DNA of 64,000 nucleotides from Candidatus Bathyarchaeota archaeon. GTDB taxonomy: Archaea; Thermoproteota; Bathyarchaeia; Bathyarchaeales; DTEX01. Positions 32,880-45,620 of this stretch are shown in pieces (the first letter of the stretch is position 1; each line of letters starts with the position of its first letter). The stretch is taken from NCBI GenBank assembly GCA_963714275.1, contig CAVQNT010000006.1:448001-512000 (forward strand), given 5' to 3'. The translations under genes and the position numbers were made by a program. The notes beneath the pieces are model-generated. The model ran no database searches. It had not been told where the DNA came from and was given only the letters and a program-made list of their open reading frames with translations.

Positions 32880-32903
32880 TATGTGGCAAGAGGAGTGTGT
32901 GAA

Positions 32904-33244
32904 TTGAGGAAATTCAATCCTCGTGAAACAAGACGAATGATGCAACGTATGGGTTTAAACATGAACCAGTGGAAGTTGAGGAAGTCGTCTTTCGGACAAA
33001 AGACAAGGAAATACGGCTCGAAAACCCAGAAGTCGCTGTTCTCGAAATGCAGGGACAAAAAATCTTCCAAGTCACAGGCGGACACATGACTGAGACATCT
33101 TTAGAAAAGAAACCCGCAATTCCCGATGAGGATGTGCAGCTTGTCGCCCAGCAAGCAAAAGTAACTCTTGAACGCGCACAAACCGCTCTTGAACAGACAA
33201 ACGGCGATTTGGCGCAAGCAATTCTACTGTTAAGTCAAGGTTAA
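32904..33244 (+). CDS. nac: Nascent polypeptide-associated complex protein (frameshift)
   Basis: NPRETRRMMQRMG, VEEVVF, FQVTG, EDVQLVAQQ, NGDLAQAIL. Confidence 0.9.
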
Positions 33245-33609
33245 TGAAGAAAGCATTGAGGACTTTTATTTATTCAGGATGCTAGTCGCAATGATTTATG
33301 TTCTTTTGACCTTAACGGTTTTGTAATGTTCTCCAGTTATTCTGTATACGCTGAGTAGCCAGCCTTCCTTTTTCCTGCAACTTCCCGTAGCCCAAAAGTC
33401 TTTTTTCAATTTCGTCCAGACCTTAGCATTTTATGTATCTTTGGTCTGAACCGAAGGTTAATTGGCTTGTGAACCCTAGGTCCATACCTAAAATCCTAAA
33501 AAAATAATCCAAATCTGCGTGTGTTTTCAGTAAGATTTAATAAATGCAGTCTTGTGAATTGTTTTTGAAAAATTACTATGATTGAATGTGTATGAGGAGG
33601 AAGTGAAAA

Positions 33610-35248
33610 GTGGCATATTTGACATCAACTCCTGAAGGACAACCTGTCCTCATTCTGAAGGAAGGGACTTCTAGAAGCAGAGGAAAAGAAGCCCAAAAAA
33701 ACAACATCACAGCTGCGTTGGCGGTTGCTGACACAATCAAAACTACTCTTGGTCCACGCGGAATGGATAAGATGCTCATCGACAGCATGGGCGACATAAC
33801 TATAACCAATGATGGCGCCACGATACTGGACGAGATCGACGTGGGGCATCCAGCTGCAAAAATGATGGTTGAAATTGCTAAGACCCAGGACGACATGGTC
33901 GGAGACGGCACAACAACAGTAGTAGTACTGTCAGGTGAACTGTTAAGGAAAGCGGAGGAACTTTTAGAACAGAACATTCATCCCACAGTGATAGTCAGCG
34001 GCTATCGAAAAGCCGTTAAAAAGGCTATAGAGGTTCTTGAAAAAGTTGCCATTCCCGTAGATTTGGGTGACCGAGAGACTCTTAAGAAGGTTGCCATGAC
34101 CTCGATGCGGAGCAAAGCTGTTAGCCCAGCCAGAGACTTTCTGGCAGAAATAGCGATCGACGCAGTGAATCACGTATCAGAGAAACGGGGAGACAGTATG
34201 CTGGCGGACATAGACAACATTCAGGTAGTGAAGAAAGAGGGCAAAAGCATTCTCGACACTATGCTGGTTATGGGAGTGATCCTCGACAAAGAGGTCGTTC
34301 ACGCTGGTATGCCTAAACGCGTCGAAAAAGCAAAGATCGCATTGCTTAATGCCGCGTTAGAGATTAAAAAAACCGAGTTAAGTGCTGAAATAAGGATTCG
34401 TGACCCCACCCAGATGAAAGCTTTTCTCGACAAGGAGACGAGTATGCTCAGTGGAATGGTTGAGAAGATCGCTGCAGCAGGGACAAACGTGCTAGTGTGC
34501 CAGAAGGGAATCGATGACATGGCTCAGCACTTCTTAGCGAAACACGGAGTTCTGGCTGTTCGAAGGGCAAAAGAATCTGATATGGAGAAACTTTCGAGGG
34601 CTACTGGAGGAAAAGTGGTCACAAACATTGATGACCTTAAACCTGGAGACCTTGGACACGCTGTCCTTGTTGAGGAACGAAAAATTGGCGACGACAAGAT
34701 GGTCTTTGTGGAAGGATGCAAGGACCCGAAGTCTGTTTCTTTGCTTATTCGCGCAGGGCTCGAAAGGATGGTCGACGAAGCTGAAAGAGCCATGAAAGAC
34801 GCGTTGTCCGTAGTCGCTGATGTGGTCGAAAAGAACAAAATTGTGGCTGGCGGCGGAGCAGTCGAAGCAGAGATCGCGAAAGAACTGCACAGGTACGCCT
34901 CGAAGGTTGGAGGAAGAGAACAGATGGCTATCTCAGCCTTTGCAGACGCAATGGAAGTTATCCCGAAAGCCCTTTCAGACAATGCTGGCTTAGAATCCAT
35001 AGATGTTCTAGTCAACTTGAGGGCAGCACATGAAAAACCTAAGGGACAGTTCATGGGGGTCGACGTGTTCTCAGGCAAGATCGTAGACATGTACGAGGAA
35101 GGCGTGCTTGAACCTCTCAGCGTGAAAGAACATGCGGTGAAGTCCGCTGCTGAGGTAGACTTCGGTGATTCTCAGAATTGACGACATTGTGGCAGCTTCG
35201 AAGCCAAAGGAAAAGGGTCCAAGTAGTCTCCCAGAAGGAGAATACTAG
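33610..35248 (+). CDS. ths: Thermosome (group II chaperonin) subunit
   Basis: [32 protein letters not shown]. The C-terminal ILRIDD is in a shifted frame. Confidence 0.96.
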
Positions 35249-35609
35249 ACAGCCACAACCTCTACTATTTTTATATCATCCATCATATTTTTAGCGACGT
35301 AGGAATCCTGAATGGTTGAGATCAAGGAAGTACTAACCGCAAAGACATAATTTGAAAGAATCGGGGCGCATAAACATGTCAAATGACTAGGCTTAAATAG
35401 CAAATTAGCGAGTGAGCTAAAACTCATGTACCATTAGTGTCTGGATTTATATTATTTGAATATAATTTGGAAATAAATCAATAATTTATTGAATTATTAC
35501 GAGCATAGTTCATAGACTAAAAGCCAATCATGATAATTCTCCTTAGGGATTTTTTTCTTACTGGGTAAAAAATTTAAATCCGTGCTCAGAAACAGTGTAA
35601 TTACATATT

Positions 35610-36623
35610 ATGAGCATACGCTGTAAGGAGTGGTTTGTGAACATGAAGGCACGTATTGCCACAATTTGTCATGGAGGAAACTTCCACAATACCTTTGAGG
35701 AAAATCGCAAGCACGTTATGGGAGTCTTGGATCTCGCGCTTCGCCTGAAACCTGACTTGGTTTGTCTCCCTGAAGCCTTCACAACAGCCTCCGTGAGTGA
35801 CAAGTCACTTACCGAATTTTTCGAGCCCGTCCCTGGTCCGACAACCGATGCTGTCGCGGAGAGAGCAAAGGAACACGGTTGTTACGTCATTTGTCCCATC
35901 AAGGTACGGCGCGACTCGAAACTGTGGAACTCGGCGATTGTCATAGGCAGGTCAGGCGAGATTGTCGGCACATACGACAAGGTTCATCCAGTCACCAGTT
36001 CAAGCGACTACACGGTGTTTGAAGAAAGGATAACACCGGGAAGAGAGTTCCCCATTTTCGACTTGGACTTTGGACGAGTTGGAATCCAGATTTGCTTCGA
36101 CATCGGTTTCCCGGAGGGTTGGAACGAATTAGCCCAGAAGGGAGCCAAACTGGTTTTTTGGCCATCAGCGTATAATGGAGGGTTTCCGCTTCAGGTTTAT
36201 GCGTGGCTGCACCACTATTATGTCGTGTCTTCGGTTTCCTCCGATAAATCCAGAATCATTGACCCTTGCGGAGTGATTCTTGCCGAAACGGATCAGCACG
36301 TGAACGTCGTCTGCCGCGACATTAACCTGGACTACGCCGTTTCGCATTATGATTTCAACTATAGCATCCCAGACAGAATCATGAAGGCTTATCCAGACCG
36401 CGTGGAGGTGCGGTCTCATCTGGATGAAGGTCACTTTCTGTTGGAACCTGTCGATGACGCCATAACGACAAAGCAGCTTCAACAGGAATTTGGTTTCGAG
36501 TCCGTTTTCCAGTATTTTCAGCGGCACCGAGAAGCATACGAGTCAATTCACCGAGGAAAATTGCCTGTTCCTCAAAGGGCGCTGCACGGGGACAGACCTC
36601 AGTACTCAAAAGAAGACGAGTAG
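35610..36623 (+). CDS. Carbon-nitrogen hydrolase (nitrilase superfamily)
   Basis: Catalytic triad motifs LPE, YDKVHP, ICFD. Confidence 0.88.
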   Translation: MSIRCKEWFVNMKARIATICHGGNFHNTFEENRKHVMGVLDLALRLKPDLVCLPEAFTTASVSDKSLTEFFEPVPGPTTDAVAERAKEHGCYVICPIKVRRDSKLWNSAIVIGRSGEIVGTYDKVHPVTSSSDYTVFEERITPGREFPIFDLDFGRVGIQICFDIGFPEGWNELAQKGAKLVFWPSAYNGGFPLQVYAWLHHYYVVSSVSSDKSRIIDPCGVILAETDQHVNVVCRDINLDYAVSHYDFNYSIPDRIMKAYPDRVEVRSHLDEGHFLLEPVDDAITTKQLQQEFGFESVFQYFQRHREAYESIHRGKLPVPQRALHGDRPQYSKEDE

Positions 36624-36719
36624 CTACGAAACGTGTAAAACTGATAAATTGATTGAAGGAAGCAAAGAACCTTTAACGACAACAATAAAATATATTGCAT
36701 ATTACGTGACTAAATCCGT

Positions 36720-37974
36720 GTGAATGGTATGAAGACAATCGTTGAGGAAAGAAAGGAAACCGAGGTCGCTGCTGAAGTTGACGTGGTGGTAGCTGGCGGA
36801 GGACCAGCTGGCTTAGCAGCAGCAGTCGCAGCTGCCAGAAACGGGGCTGACACTATTCTGGTTGAACGTTACGGGTACCTCGGCGGACTGGCTACAGGAG
36901 GACTCGTCATATGTTTGGTCGAAACAGACAGGTATGGCTACGGGATATGCCAAGAAGTGATTGACGGTCTTTGCGATTTGAAAGCTGCAAAGTTGAACAG
37001 AGCCAGTGGCGAAACGCCTCGTTGGGTGGAAGGAGCTAGTTTCAGTGGCGAGGAATCTTGGAGCTTTGACCCTCAAGCTTTAAAATACGTGGCAGACAAG
37101 ATGGTGACCGAATCTGGTGCAGACCTTCTGTTTCATTCATATGTTGCTACTTCTGTCGTGAAGGAGAAGAAGGTTCAAGGATTAATTGTTGAAGGGAAAT
37201 CTGGAAGACAGGCTATTTTAGGCAAGGTTGTAGTAGACACAACTGGAGACGCTGATGTAGCAGCAGCCTCTGGTGCCCCCTTCAATCTGGACAGGCATCC
37301 ATGGGGGATAAACCTCGAATGTAGAATCGGTAATGTCGATATTGAAAAAGCCCTTGAATGGAAAAGAGAGAACCAAAAGACTTTCGAAAAGCTCATGAAG
37401 GAACTTGGAAAGGACGTCGGAATCATAGGCTGGGGAGGAGATGTCAACAGGGGCATTGTTTGGAGTCACGGTCCACACTCCTATGAAGCTGATGGATTGA
37501 ATACTAAGCACCTATCAAAGATCGAAATAGATTCAAGAAAGAAGATTATTGAAGCCCTAAAGTTTTACAGAAAAAATGTGTCTGGATTCGAAGCAGACTT
37601 TCGTGTTAGAGTTTGCTCCCCAAATCGGCGTACGCGAAACACGTCGCATAATGGGAGAGTATACTCTAACTAAAGAAGATGCGGTTGCTGGAAGAATATT
37701 CGACGATGCGGTCGCAAACGGACCATTCGGCATTCCTTACCGATGCTTGGTTCCCAGAGAAGTTGACGGACTCCTAGTGGCAGGAAGGTGCATATCCACA
37801 ACGCATGAAGCCCAAGGTATCATAAGGAACATCCCACCTTGCCTCATAACTGGCCAAGCAGCAGGCACAGCCGCAGCCCTCGCAGCTAAAAAAGGTGTCA
37901 AACCCCGAAAACTGGATGTCCGCCTTTTGAGAGAAGCCCTTAAAAAACAGGGCGTTAAGATAAAGGCTTCATGA
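36720..37974 (+). CDS. FAD-dependent oxidoreductase (frameshift near 37600)
   Basis: GGGPAG, GGLATGG, DTTGDAD, GVRETRRI, IPYRCL, AGRCIS, GQAAG. Confidence 0.88.
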
Positions 37975-38037
37975 AATACGTATGTTTGATTCCCCGATTG
38001 TTATTGTTTATATGATCTCTTATGCTCATTGAAAGTC

Positions 38038-38487
38038 ATGCCAGCATTCGATAAACGCAAAAAAGCTGCCATCAGTTGGGCTTTAAGCAGGCTCGAATCG
38101 ACCGAATACAGAATTTAGTGTTTGGGCTTTGTTGAAGACGCCTACGAGAAGGGTGCAGGCGTAGAATTCGCAGGATTCTACTTTGCTAAGGAGGCAGCAG
38201 ACAAACTCGACGCTGGACGAAACACGGGTATTCCCACTCTTGGAGCCTTTGTTTTCTACGATTGTTGGGGAACCATAAACGGAAAATACCGTAACTGGGG
38301 GCATGTTGGACTGTCGATTGGTGAAGGAAAGGTGGTTCACGCTTGGGACAAGGTTCGTGTCGACAATTACTTAGATGTTCAGAACCTGCAAGCAGCAGAA
38401 GGATGGACAAATCCCCAGTATGTTGGGTGGGCTCCAGTAGAGGAGTATCCACGCGCCAAAAAACATGACAAAAATTCAAACAAGTAA
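38038..38487 (+). CDS. NlpC/P60 or CHAP-like papain-fold protein with an in-frame TAG at 38116-38118
   Basis: AAISWALSRL...Y..*CLGFVEDAY...WGHVGLSIGEGKVVHAW, a Cys-His-His pattern. Confidence 0.65.
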
Positions 38488-38496
38488 TACGAGTTT

Positions 38497-39279
38497 CTAC
38501 AGGTTTTTCTTTAGTGGGCAGTTCATTGTCACTCTCAGCATTTCCGCGTAATAGTCTTTTCCGGACTTTGCTTTGAGCGGACGTTCGAGCCTGAAGTCTG
38601 CTTCGACGTTTGCTTCTCTGCAGACTTCTCGTAAGGGACAGACATGGCAACGAACGACCCGTGAAACCTGCGTGCTAGTTATGACGGGAATGGGCTTCGC
38701 AGGCGCAGCAAGCATTGTTTCTTCTTGGGTATTGAAGGACTTTAGAAGGAATATGAGTATGGTTAAGCCCATGAGGAAGTCGCCTACTTTAACATAAAAA
38801 GTCGATGCCGTCACAAGAAACCAATTGCTGAGCGTCGCCCCTTGAAGATAGGCTAACACAAAACTAGCAACGAAAAAAGTCAGTAATGCAAATGACGCGA
38901 ACTTAAAAATTTTTTCACGGAGTCTCCAAATGCTGAATAATGCTATGAGCCCAAGGACCATCAAGCCCAGATTAATGATTGCCCCAAGAATGCTGGGTAA
39001 TGAAGCCGAGGTGAGACTTAAAATCTGCTGGACAATTGTAGAGACTCTAAATCCCGTTGAGGTTGCCCTAACTGTGCCCCAGTATCCGCCAAAAGCGAAC
39101 GTTTGGGTTCCAGCTTGGTTTATCTGAAACCACCCAACTGCTAAGGCGACAACGAGGAGAATGGCCCCTATCTTAAGCCACATGTTTAACTTTTTTTCCT
39201 GCAAGGGCATTGTTGACCTGTGGGCGAATTGTTCGCTCAATTTTACTGCTCCTTTTATGGTTTGTATTTTAGGTAGCAT
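38497..39279 (-). CDS. Membrane protein with a C-terminal Cys cluster
   Basis: About 4 hydrophobic segments, then CHVCPLREVC...NCPL. Confidence 0.65.
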   Translation of the reverse strand: MLPKIQTIKGAVKLSEQFAHRSTMPLQEKKLNMWLKIGAILLVVALAVGWFQINQAGTQTFAFGGYWGTVRATSTGFRVSTIVQQILSLTSASLPSILGAIINLGLMVLGLIALFSIWRLREKIFKFASFALLTFFVASFVLAYLQGATLSNWFLVTASTFYVKVGDFLMGLTILIFLLKSFNTQEETMLAAPAKPIPVITSTQVSRVVRCHVCPLREVCREANVEADFRLERPLKAKSGKDYYAEMLRVTMNCPLKKNL

Positions 39280-39294
39280 TCGGATTTAAGCCTA

Positions 39295-40455
39295 ATGAGT
39301 TTCCCGAAAAACATTAAATATTGTGCGGTCCTATCTTCCTTTTGTTTCCCGTTAAAGGCACAGTCTGGTGTTCAGCGAGCATTGAAAACATGCATTACGT
39401 ATCATGAAAAGTTTCAGCAGTATGACCTAGGAGCCAACCATCCCTTCAGAGGTGACCGTTTTGTCAAGGCGAAGGTTTTTTTTGACGAAAAAGGATTGAT
39501 GCAGTCACCGGACACCATGCTCATTCATCCCAACCCGATAGAACGAACAGGATTACTTAAGGTGCACACGGAGGAATACGTGGACCTCATTTACCGTCTG
39601 GCTGAACTGGGCAAACCATACGACATTGACACTCCTGTCTCCAAAAACATCGTTGAGGGACTAACTTACATCATCGGCGGAGTAGTCGAGGCGGGAACAG
39701 TTCTTTTTGAAGGCAAAGCTGACCGAGCTGTTGCTTTAGGAGGAGGCTTTCACCATGCGGGCAAGGATTATGGTGGCGGATTCTGCCTTTTCAACGATAT
39801 CGCAGTTTTGGTTGAGCATCTCCGCGAAAAATTTAATCTACGCCGTTTTCTCGTCTTGGATTATGATGTGCATTTCGGGAACGGCACAAGCGACATTTAC
39901 TATAAAGATCCATGCGTGCTTTTCATCTCGTTGCATCAGGACCCTCACACGATCTTTCCGGGAAGAGGATTCGTCAATGAAATCGGCGAAGGAGAAGGAG
40001 AGGGCTTCAACGTCAATGTCCCACTTCCCATGAGGACAGGTGAACAGGCATACCTCTACGCGCTGAGAGACGTTTTTCCTCTGCTTGCTGAGGAGTTTAA
40101 GCCCGACATCATCATAGCGAATGGTGGAAGCGATGCTCACTTCGCTGACCACTTGGGCAGTCTCGGATTGACAGCTAAGGGATTCTTCGAGATATCCAGA
40201 ATCATATCTGAAGTCTCAAAAAAGGTATGCAGCGGGAAAACCATTCTACTAATTACGAGTGGCTACAACATCTCAGTTTTGCCATATTCTTGGTATGCTT
40301 TAGCATCTGGGATCGCTGAATACGAGCTTAATAAAGATGCGATTGAGGACTATTACCCTGCACCTCGTGACCCGTACCAGAACCAACGCGAGGTCGAAGC
40401 GATAGTGAAGGAGCTTAAAGGGATTTTGAAACAGTATTGGAACTGTTTTCGGTGA
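39295..40455 (+). CDS. Histone deacetylase / AcuC family protein (true start probably near 39382)
   Basis: GGGFHHA, GFCLFND, DYDVHFGNGT, SLHQ, GSDAH..DHL. Confidence 0.92.
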   Translation: MSFPKNIKYCAVLSSFCFPLKAQSGVQRALKTCITYHEKFQQYDLGANHPFRGDRFVKAKVFFDEKGLMQSPDTMLIHPNPIERTGLLKVHTEEYVDLIYRLAELGKPYDIDTPVSKNIVEGLTYIIGGVVEAGTVLFEGKADRAVALGGGFHHAGKDYGGGFCLFNDIAVLVEHLREKFNLRRFLVLDYDVHFGNGTSDIYYKDPCVLFISLHQDPHTIFPGRGFVNEIGEGEGEGFNVNVPLPMRTGEQAYLYALRDVFPLLAEEFKPDIIIANGGSDAHFADHLGSLGLTAKGFFEISRIISEVSKKVCSGKTILLITSGYNISVLPYSWYALASGIAEYELNKDAIEDYYPAPRDPYQNQREVEAIVKELKGILKQYWNCFR

Positions 40456-40473
40456 AGCACAATCAATCATTGC

Positions 40474-41046
40474 CTATAAATATTTCACCAGTTTCAATGT
40501 CTCTCTGAATTCTGGTGTTCCCGCCTTCTTGAGTAATTCGTAAATGAGCATCTCGGCTGAAACGACCGTTACTCCGCTTTGTCTCATCCGCTGGATTGCT
40601 GTGGCTTTGTCTTCTAGTTTCCTCGAAGACGTCGCATCCTCGACAATGCACATTCTGAAGCCATTTTCTAATCCCTCAATAGCAGTCTGGGTTACGCAAA
40701 TGTGTGTCTCTATTCCCGATAGTATGAGCGTCTTAACTTGGATTCTTGTAAAGGTTTCTCTGAATTTCTGTGAGCCGAAGCAGCTGAACTCTAGTTTCTC
40801 TATGGGCTGAAGATTTGGGACAAGTCCCTTAATTTGGGGTATCGTCTGCCCTAAGCCCTTTGGGTATTGTTCAGTCAAAATTACGGGAATTTTCATGATA
40901 TGTGCAAACTGTATGAGCTTAACCAGATTCTCTGTGAGTTTTTCTTTTTCAGCCATATGAGCGAAAAGTTTTTCTTGGACATCAATTACGACTAGGGCTG
41001 CTGCTTCCTTAGAAACCAATCCTGTCCTCATTTTCGCCTTCACCAA
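40474..41046 (-). CDS. Isochorismatase-family hydrolase
   Basis: VIDVQEKL, TEQYPKGLG, K..FSC, GIETHICV. Confidence 0.9.
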   Translation of the reverse strand: MVKAKMRTGLVSKEAAALVVIDVQEKLFAHMAEKEKLTENLVKLIQFAHIMKIPVILTEQYPKGLGQTIPQIKGLVPNLQPIEKLEFSCFGSQKFRETFTRIQVKTLILSGIETHICVTQTAIEGLENGFRMCIVEDATSSRKLEDKATAIQRMRQSGVTVVSAEMLIYELLKKAGTPEFRETLKLVKYL

Positions 41047-41242
41047 TAATCAGCATATACATAATTATCTACTACAATTGTCTCATTAAAGCCTATTCAA
41101 CACTTCATCATTCTTTTTCAAATACTCAAAAATTCCGTGTGCATAAAGAATGGCACCCATTCAAGACACAGTGGCACGATGTAAAATGACTTGTTTAGAA
41201 AACTTATATACTCATGTTCTCCACGAGTCTTTTGTGAGATAG

Positions 41243-41791
41243 ATGGATTTAGACCAAGCGCTCAGGGGAAGAAGAAGCGTTCGGGACTACCTTGACAAAA
41301 GCGTCCTAGAAAATCTTGTAAGACAAATAATCGAGGCTGCCACCTTGGCTCCTTCAGCGAAGAACGGTCAGCAATGGCGGTTCATGGTGCTCACGGACAA
41401 CGCGAAAAAGGAGTTAACTGACCTCTTCAGGCGTGAACTGGAAAAGGTTTCAGAAAGAATCGGACGCGAAAAGATGGGTTCTTCTTTCTCGTCATGCAGC
41501 ATAATGGAAAAGGCGCCAGTCGTGATAATGGTTTGGAACGCTGGAGAAAAAGGCTGGGAAACCGAAGTTCACAGCGTAGCAGCCGCAATTCAGAACATGC
41601 TGCTTAAAGCCCATGATTTAGGATTAGGCACAGTATGGATCGGCGGCATCTTCTACACGATCAAAGCCTTAGAACGTCAAATCCGAAAGCATTGGAAGCT
41701 GACAGCAGCTGTAGCACTCGGATGGCCAGCCAAAAGTCCGAAGATGCCCTTAAGAAAAACAGTTGACGAAGTCGCCGAGTTTCTAAGCTAA
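41243..41791 (+). CDS. Nitroreductase-family protein
   Basis: RRSVRDY, APSAKNGQQW, AIQNMLL, GLGTVW. Confidence 0.92.
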   Translation: MDLDQALRGRRSVRDYLDKSVLENLVRQIIEAATLAPSAKNGQQWRFMVLTDNAKKELTDLFRRELEKVSERIGREKMGSSFSSCSIMEKAPVVIMVWNAGEKGWETEVHSVAAAIQNMLLKAHDLGLGTVWIGGIFYTIKALERQIRKHWKLTAAVALGWPAKSPKMPLRKTVDEVAEFLS

Positions 41792-42252
41792 CATCCATCC
41801 TATTTCTATATGAATGTATGGTCAAGCGTTCCTGTTAAGTATGTTCTGTTCATCAACTGAATCTGCATTTTAAATAACACACAACATTGCCCAGACTCGT
41901 TCTATTTCATGGCGCACTTGCTCTGTTGTTTTAGGCACAAACATAGATAACATGTCTATTTCGTAACTTGCAAAGATTTTTATTTATACAGCAATATTTT
42001 ATTAGAAAAAATCTATATAATTTTCTGTCTCATTCGCTTCATTTCCGAATGTGATGATCTCTTTCAAAAGAAGTTTAGGGAGTGAGAGTTAAAGAATGAT
42101 AGTAGAGAAAAGACAGTCAATTGAAATCTTAATTAATGAAGAAGCTCTTATTATTCGCTAGGTATCTAAGAAACGAAAAAAATATATGGCTTCCTAGAAT
42201 TCCATAGGACATTAGCACACGCTAATTAGAACATGGGGCTGGATTTGATTTA

Positions 42253-43478
42253 ATGAAAAAAGAGAAACTACTCGAAAAAATAACCAATCAATATCTCGGA
42301 TCCAGAGATTTCAATGGATTACCTCTTTCTGTTTTCAAATCTGAGAAGGAGAACATTATAGCCCTAGTACGCGAGGGTAAGATCGAAATCATTTCGGGAC
42401 AAGCATCCTAATCCACATATAAAAGCCTTTGAACTGGACGACAAGGATGCACAAATCCTCAAAATCGAGAGCATCGGGTTCGAATATGCCTGCGCATATC
42501 CAACAAAAGAGCATCTTAAAAGAGTGGTTAACATCGACGAATTCAAAGACAGACCGTTCACTTTAAAAATTGCGTTGGGAGAACCCGTGCTAAACTACGC
42601 TGTCTTTGATCTGAGCATCCTAAGAATCTTACAGAAACGATCCCCGTTACATCTATTCTATTGATGACATACAAGGGTGGATTTCCGTTTCCGATGAGTA
42701 TTACCAATCTTTGAAGATGAAACCTTCAGACAAGATTGTGCTCCAGTCTTTCGGCTTCTGCTTCGAGAAAGGTACTATGAATCGTGCTGTCGCTGTTTTT
42801 TACAGATATTTGGCGAATTTGACCCCAGAACACCAACAAATATGGAGTAGCAAAATCCTAACAGGAGAATATTTCTTGCATCCTGATTACGCAAGGAGTT
42901 CGGGGGGAATTTCTATGAAAAAGAGTCTATATTTGTTGCCTTTGTTGAAGAACTGCATACAATCAACGAGTTTTCGAAATTGATGGGATCGTCCTATCCT
43001 TTTCCATGAGAGTTACAGAGAAAATAAACCAAAGGAATTTGGCTTCTTGATTCGCCCCACTCTCAAAGAGTTCAACTCGTTTATTCATTTGCTAGACAAG
43101 ATGATTTCTGAGAATGTTAACAAGGATTTCTTCCAACATGAAATACCTTACGAGACAGAAACAAAAAGATCTGATGGCAGAATAATTGTCAAAGAAAAAG
43201 GAACAATTGCCTTGCTTAAAGAATGGCTAGGGATTAAAGTCAAAACACCAGACCCAAAACCTATAGATGAAATGATTCAGACTTTTCTAAAGATTAGAAA
43301 AATGAGAATGAAGCCAGCTCACAAAGTGGATGAGGATAGATTTGAACAAGAATATTTGAAAGAACAAAGAAAACTCATAATTGAAGCATATTATGCAATT
43401 AGAACGCTGAGACTTATTTTTGCAAATCATCCTAAAACGAAATCTTATGTAATGCCAGAATGGCTATTCAAAGGATGA
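42253..43478 (+). CDS. Uncharacterised, possibly defence-related protein with a HEPN-like RxxxxH motif (several frameshifts)
   Basis: Begins MKKEKLLEKITNQYLGSRDFNGLP and joins ORFs 42711 and 43047. Ends with KIRKMRMKPAH. AT-rich. Confidence 0.55.
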
Positions 43479-43632
43479 TAGTTTTGGCTTATCTAGTTCT
43501 ATTTGTTATTGTGCGCGTGATTGTTTATTTGGATTGATAAGAGAGAGAGTATGTATGTGAGTGAATGAGAGAACGGAAAATAAAAGTAAATTAGTGTTTG
43601 GGTGATTAAATTTTAATGCACACATAAAAAAA

Positions 43633-43675
43633 ACTGCAGAACAACAAAAAACAACAAAAAGTCACTAAAAGTGAC
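43633..43675 (-). terminator. Putative rRNA transcript terminator
   Basis: Hairpin GTCAC-TAAAA-GTGAC (43661-43675) followed on the minus strand by long T-rich tracts. Confidence 0.5.
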
Positions 43676-43751
43676 CAATTTTAATTTCAATACTAATTTT
43701 TTTTGGTGGCTTGGCGCACCCCTTCTTTGTTCAGCCCCTTTTTGGTTTCTT

Positions 43752-45254
<1,503 letters not shown>

Positions 45255-45273
45255 TGTATGGTCGCTTTTGTAA

Positions 45274-45300
45274 GGCTGAATTTTTGGGGTGCGCCAAGCC
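45274..45300 (-). other. 5' arm of the 16S processing stem (pairs with 43708-43736)
   Basis: GGCTTGGCGCACCCC and TTCAGCC are complementary to the trailer arm. Confidence 0.85.
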
Positions 45301-45463
45301 TATCTTGGATCTAAGTCCAATGCTCAGATCTGCATTTTTTGTTTCCGCAACTGGAGGTCAACTCTTCATTCTGAGGCTTGTTGCCTCGATGGTCTGAGTT
45401 GACGCCGCATTCGCGTATTGCGGTTTTGAGTCTGTTCGCTCAAGTTAGCATCTATACGAACAA

Positions 45464-45480
45464 CTTAATAAACTTTCTTT
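45464..45480 (-). promoter_or_regulatory. BRE-TATA promoter of the 16S gene
   Basis: The minus strand reads AAAGAAAG-TTTATTAA about 210 nt upstream of the 16S 5' end. Confidence 0.55.
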
Positions 45481-45620
45481 TAGGGATTTTTGCTGTGTAA
45501 ATGTAGGTTTAAACGTTTTTGCTTGGTCTGTTTTGCGGCGCACCTATGTTGTTTTGGGGCGTAAACGTGAAGAAACATCTAAGTTCATGTATATACTATT
45601 TCTGAGTTTAGTGGTTTCGT

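Noticed and set aside
1569-37974. Frameshifts in pyk, nop5, lysA, asd, lysC, tfe, trm56, hflX, mbf1, nac, thermosome and others as programmed frameshifting or mass pseudogenisation
   Set aside because: They hit essential genes indiscriminately, and the duplicate at 22519 retains a base missing at about 27560. Sequencing or consensus indel errors are the simplest explanation.
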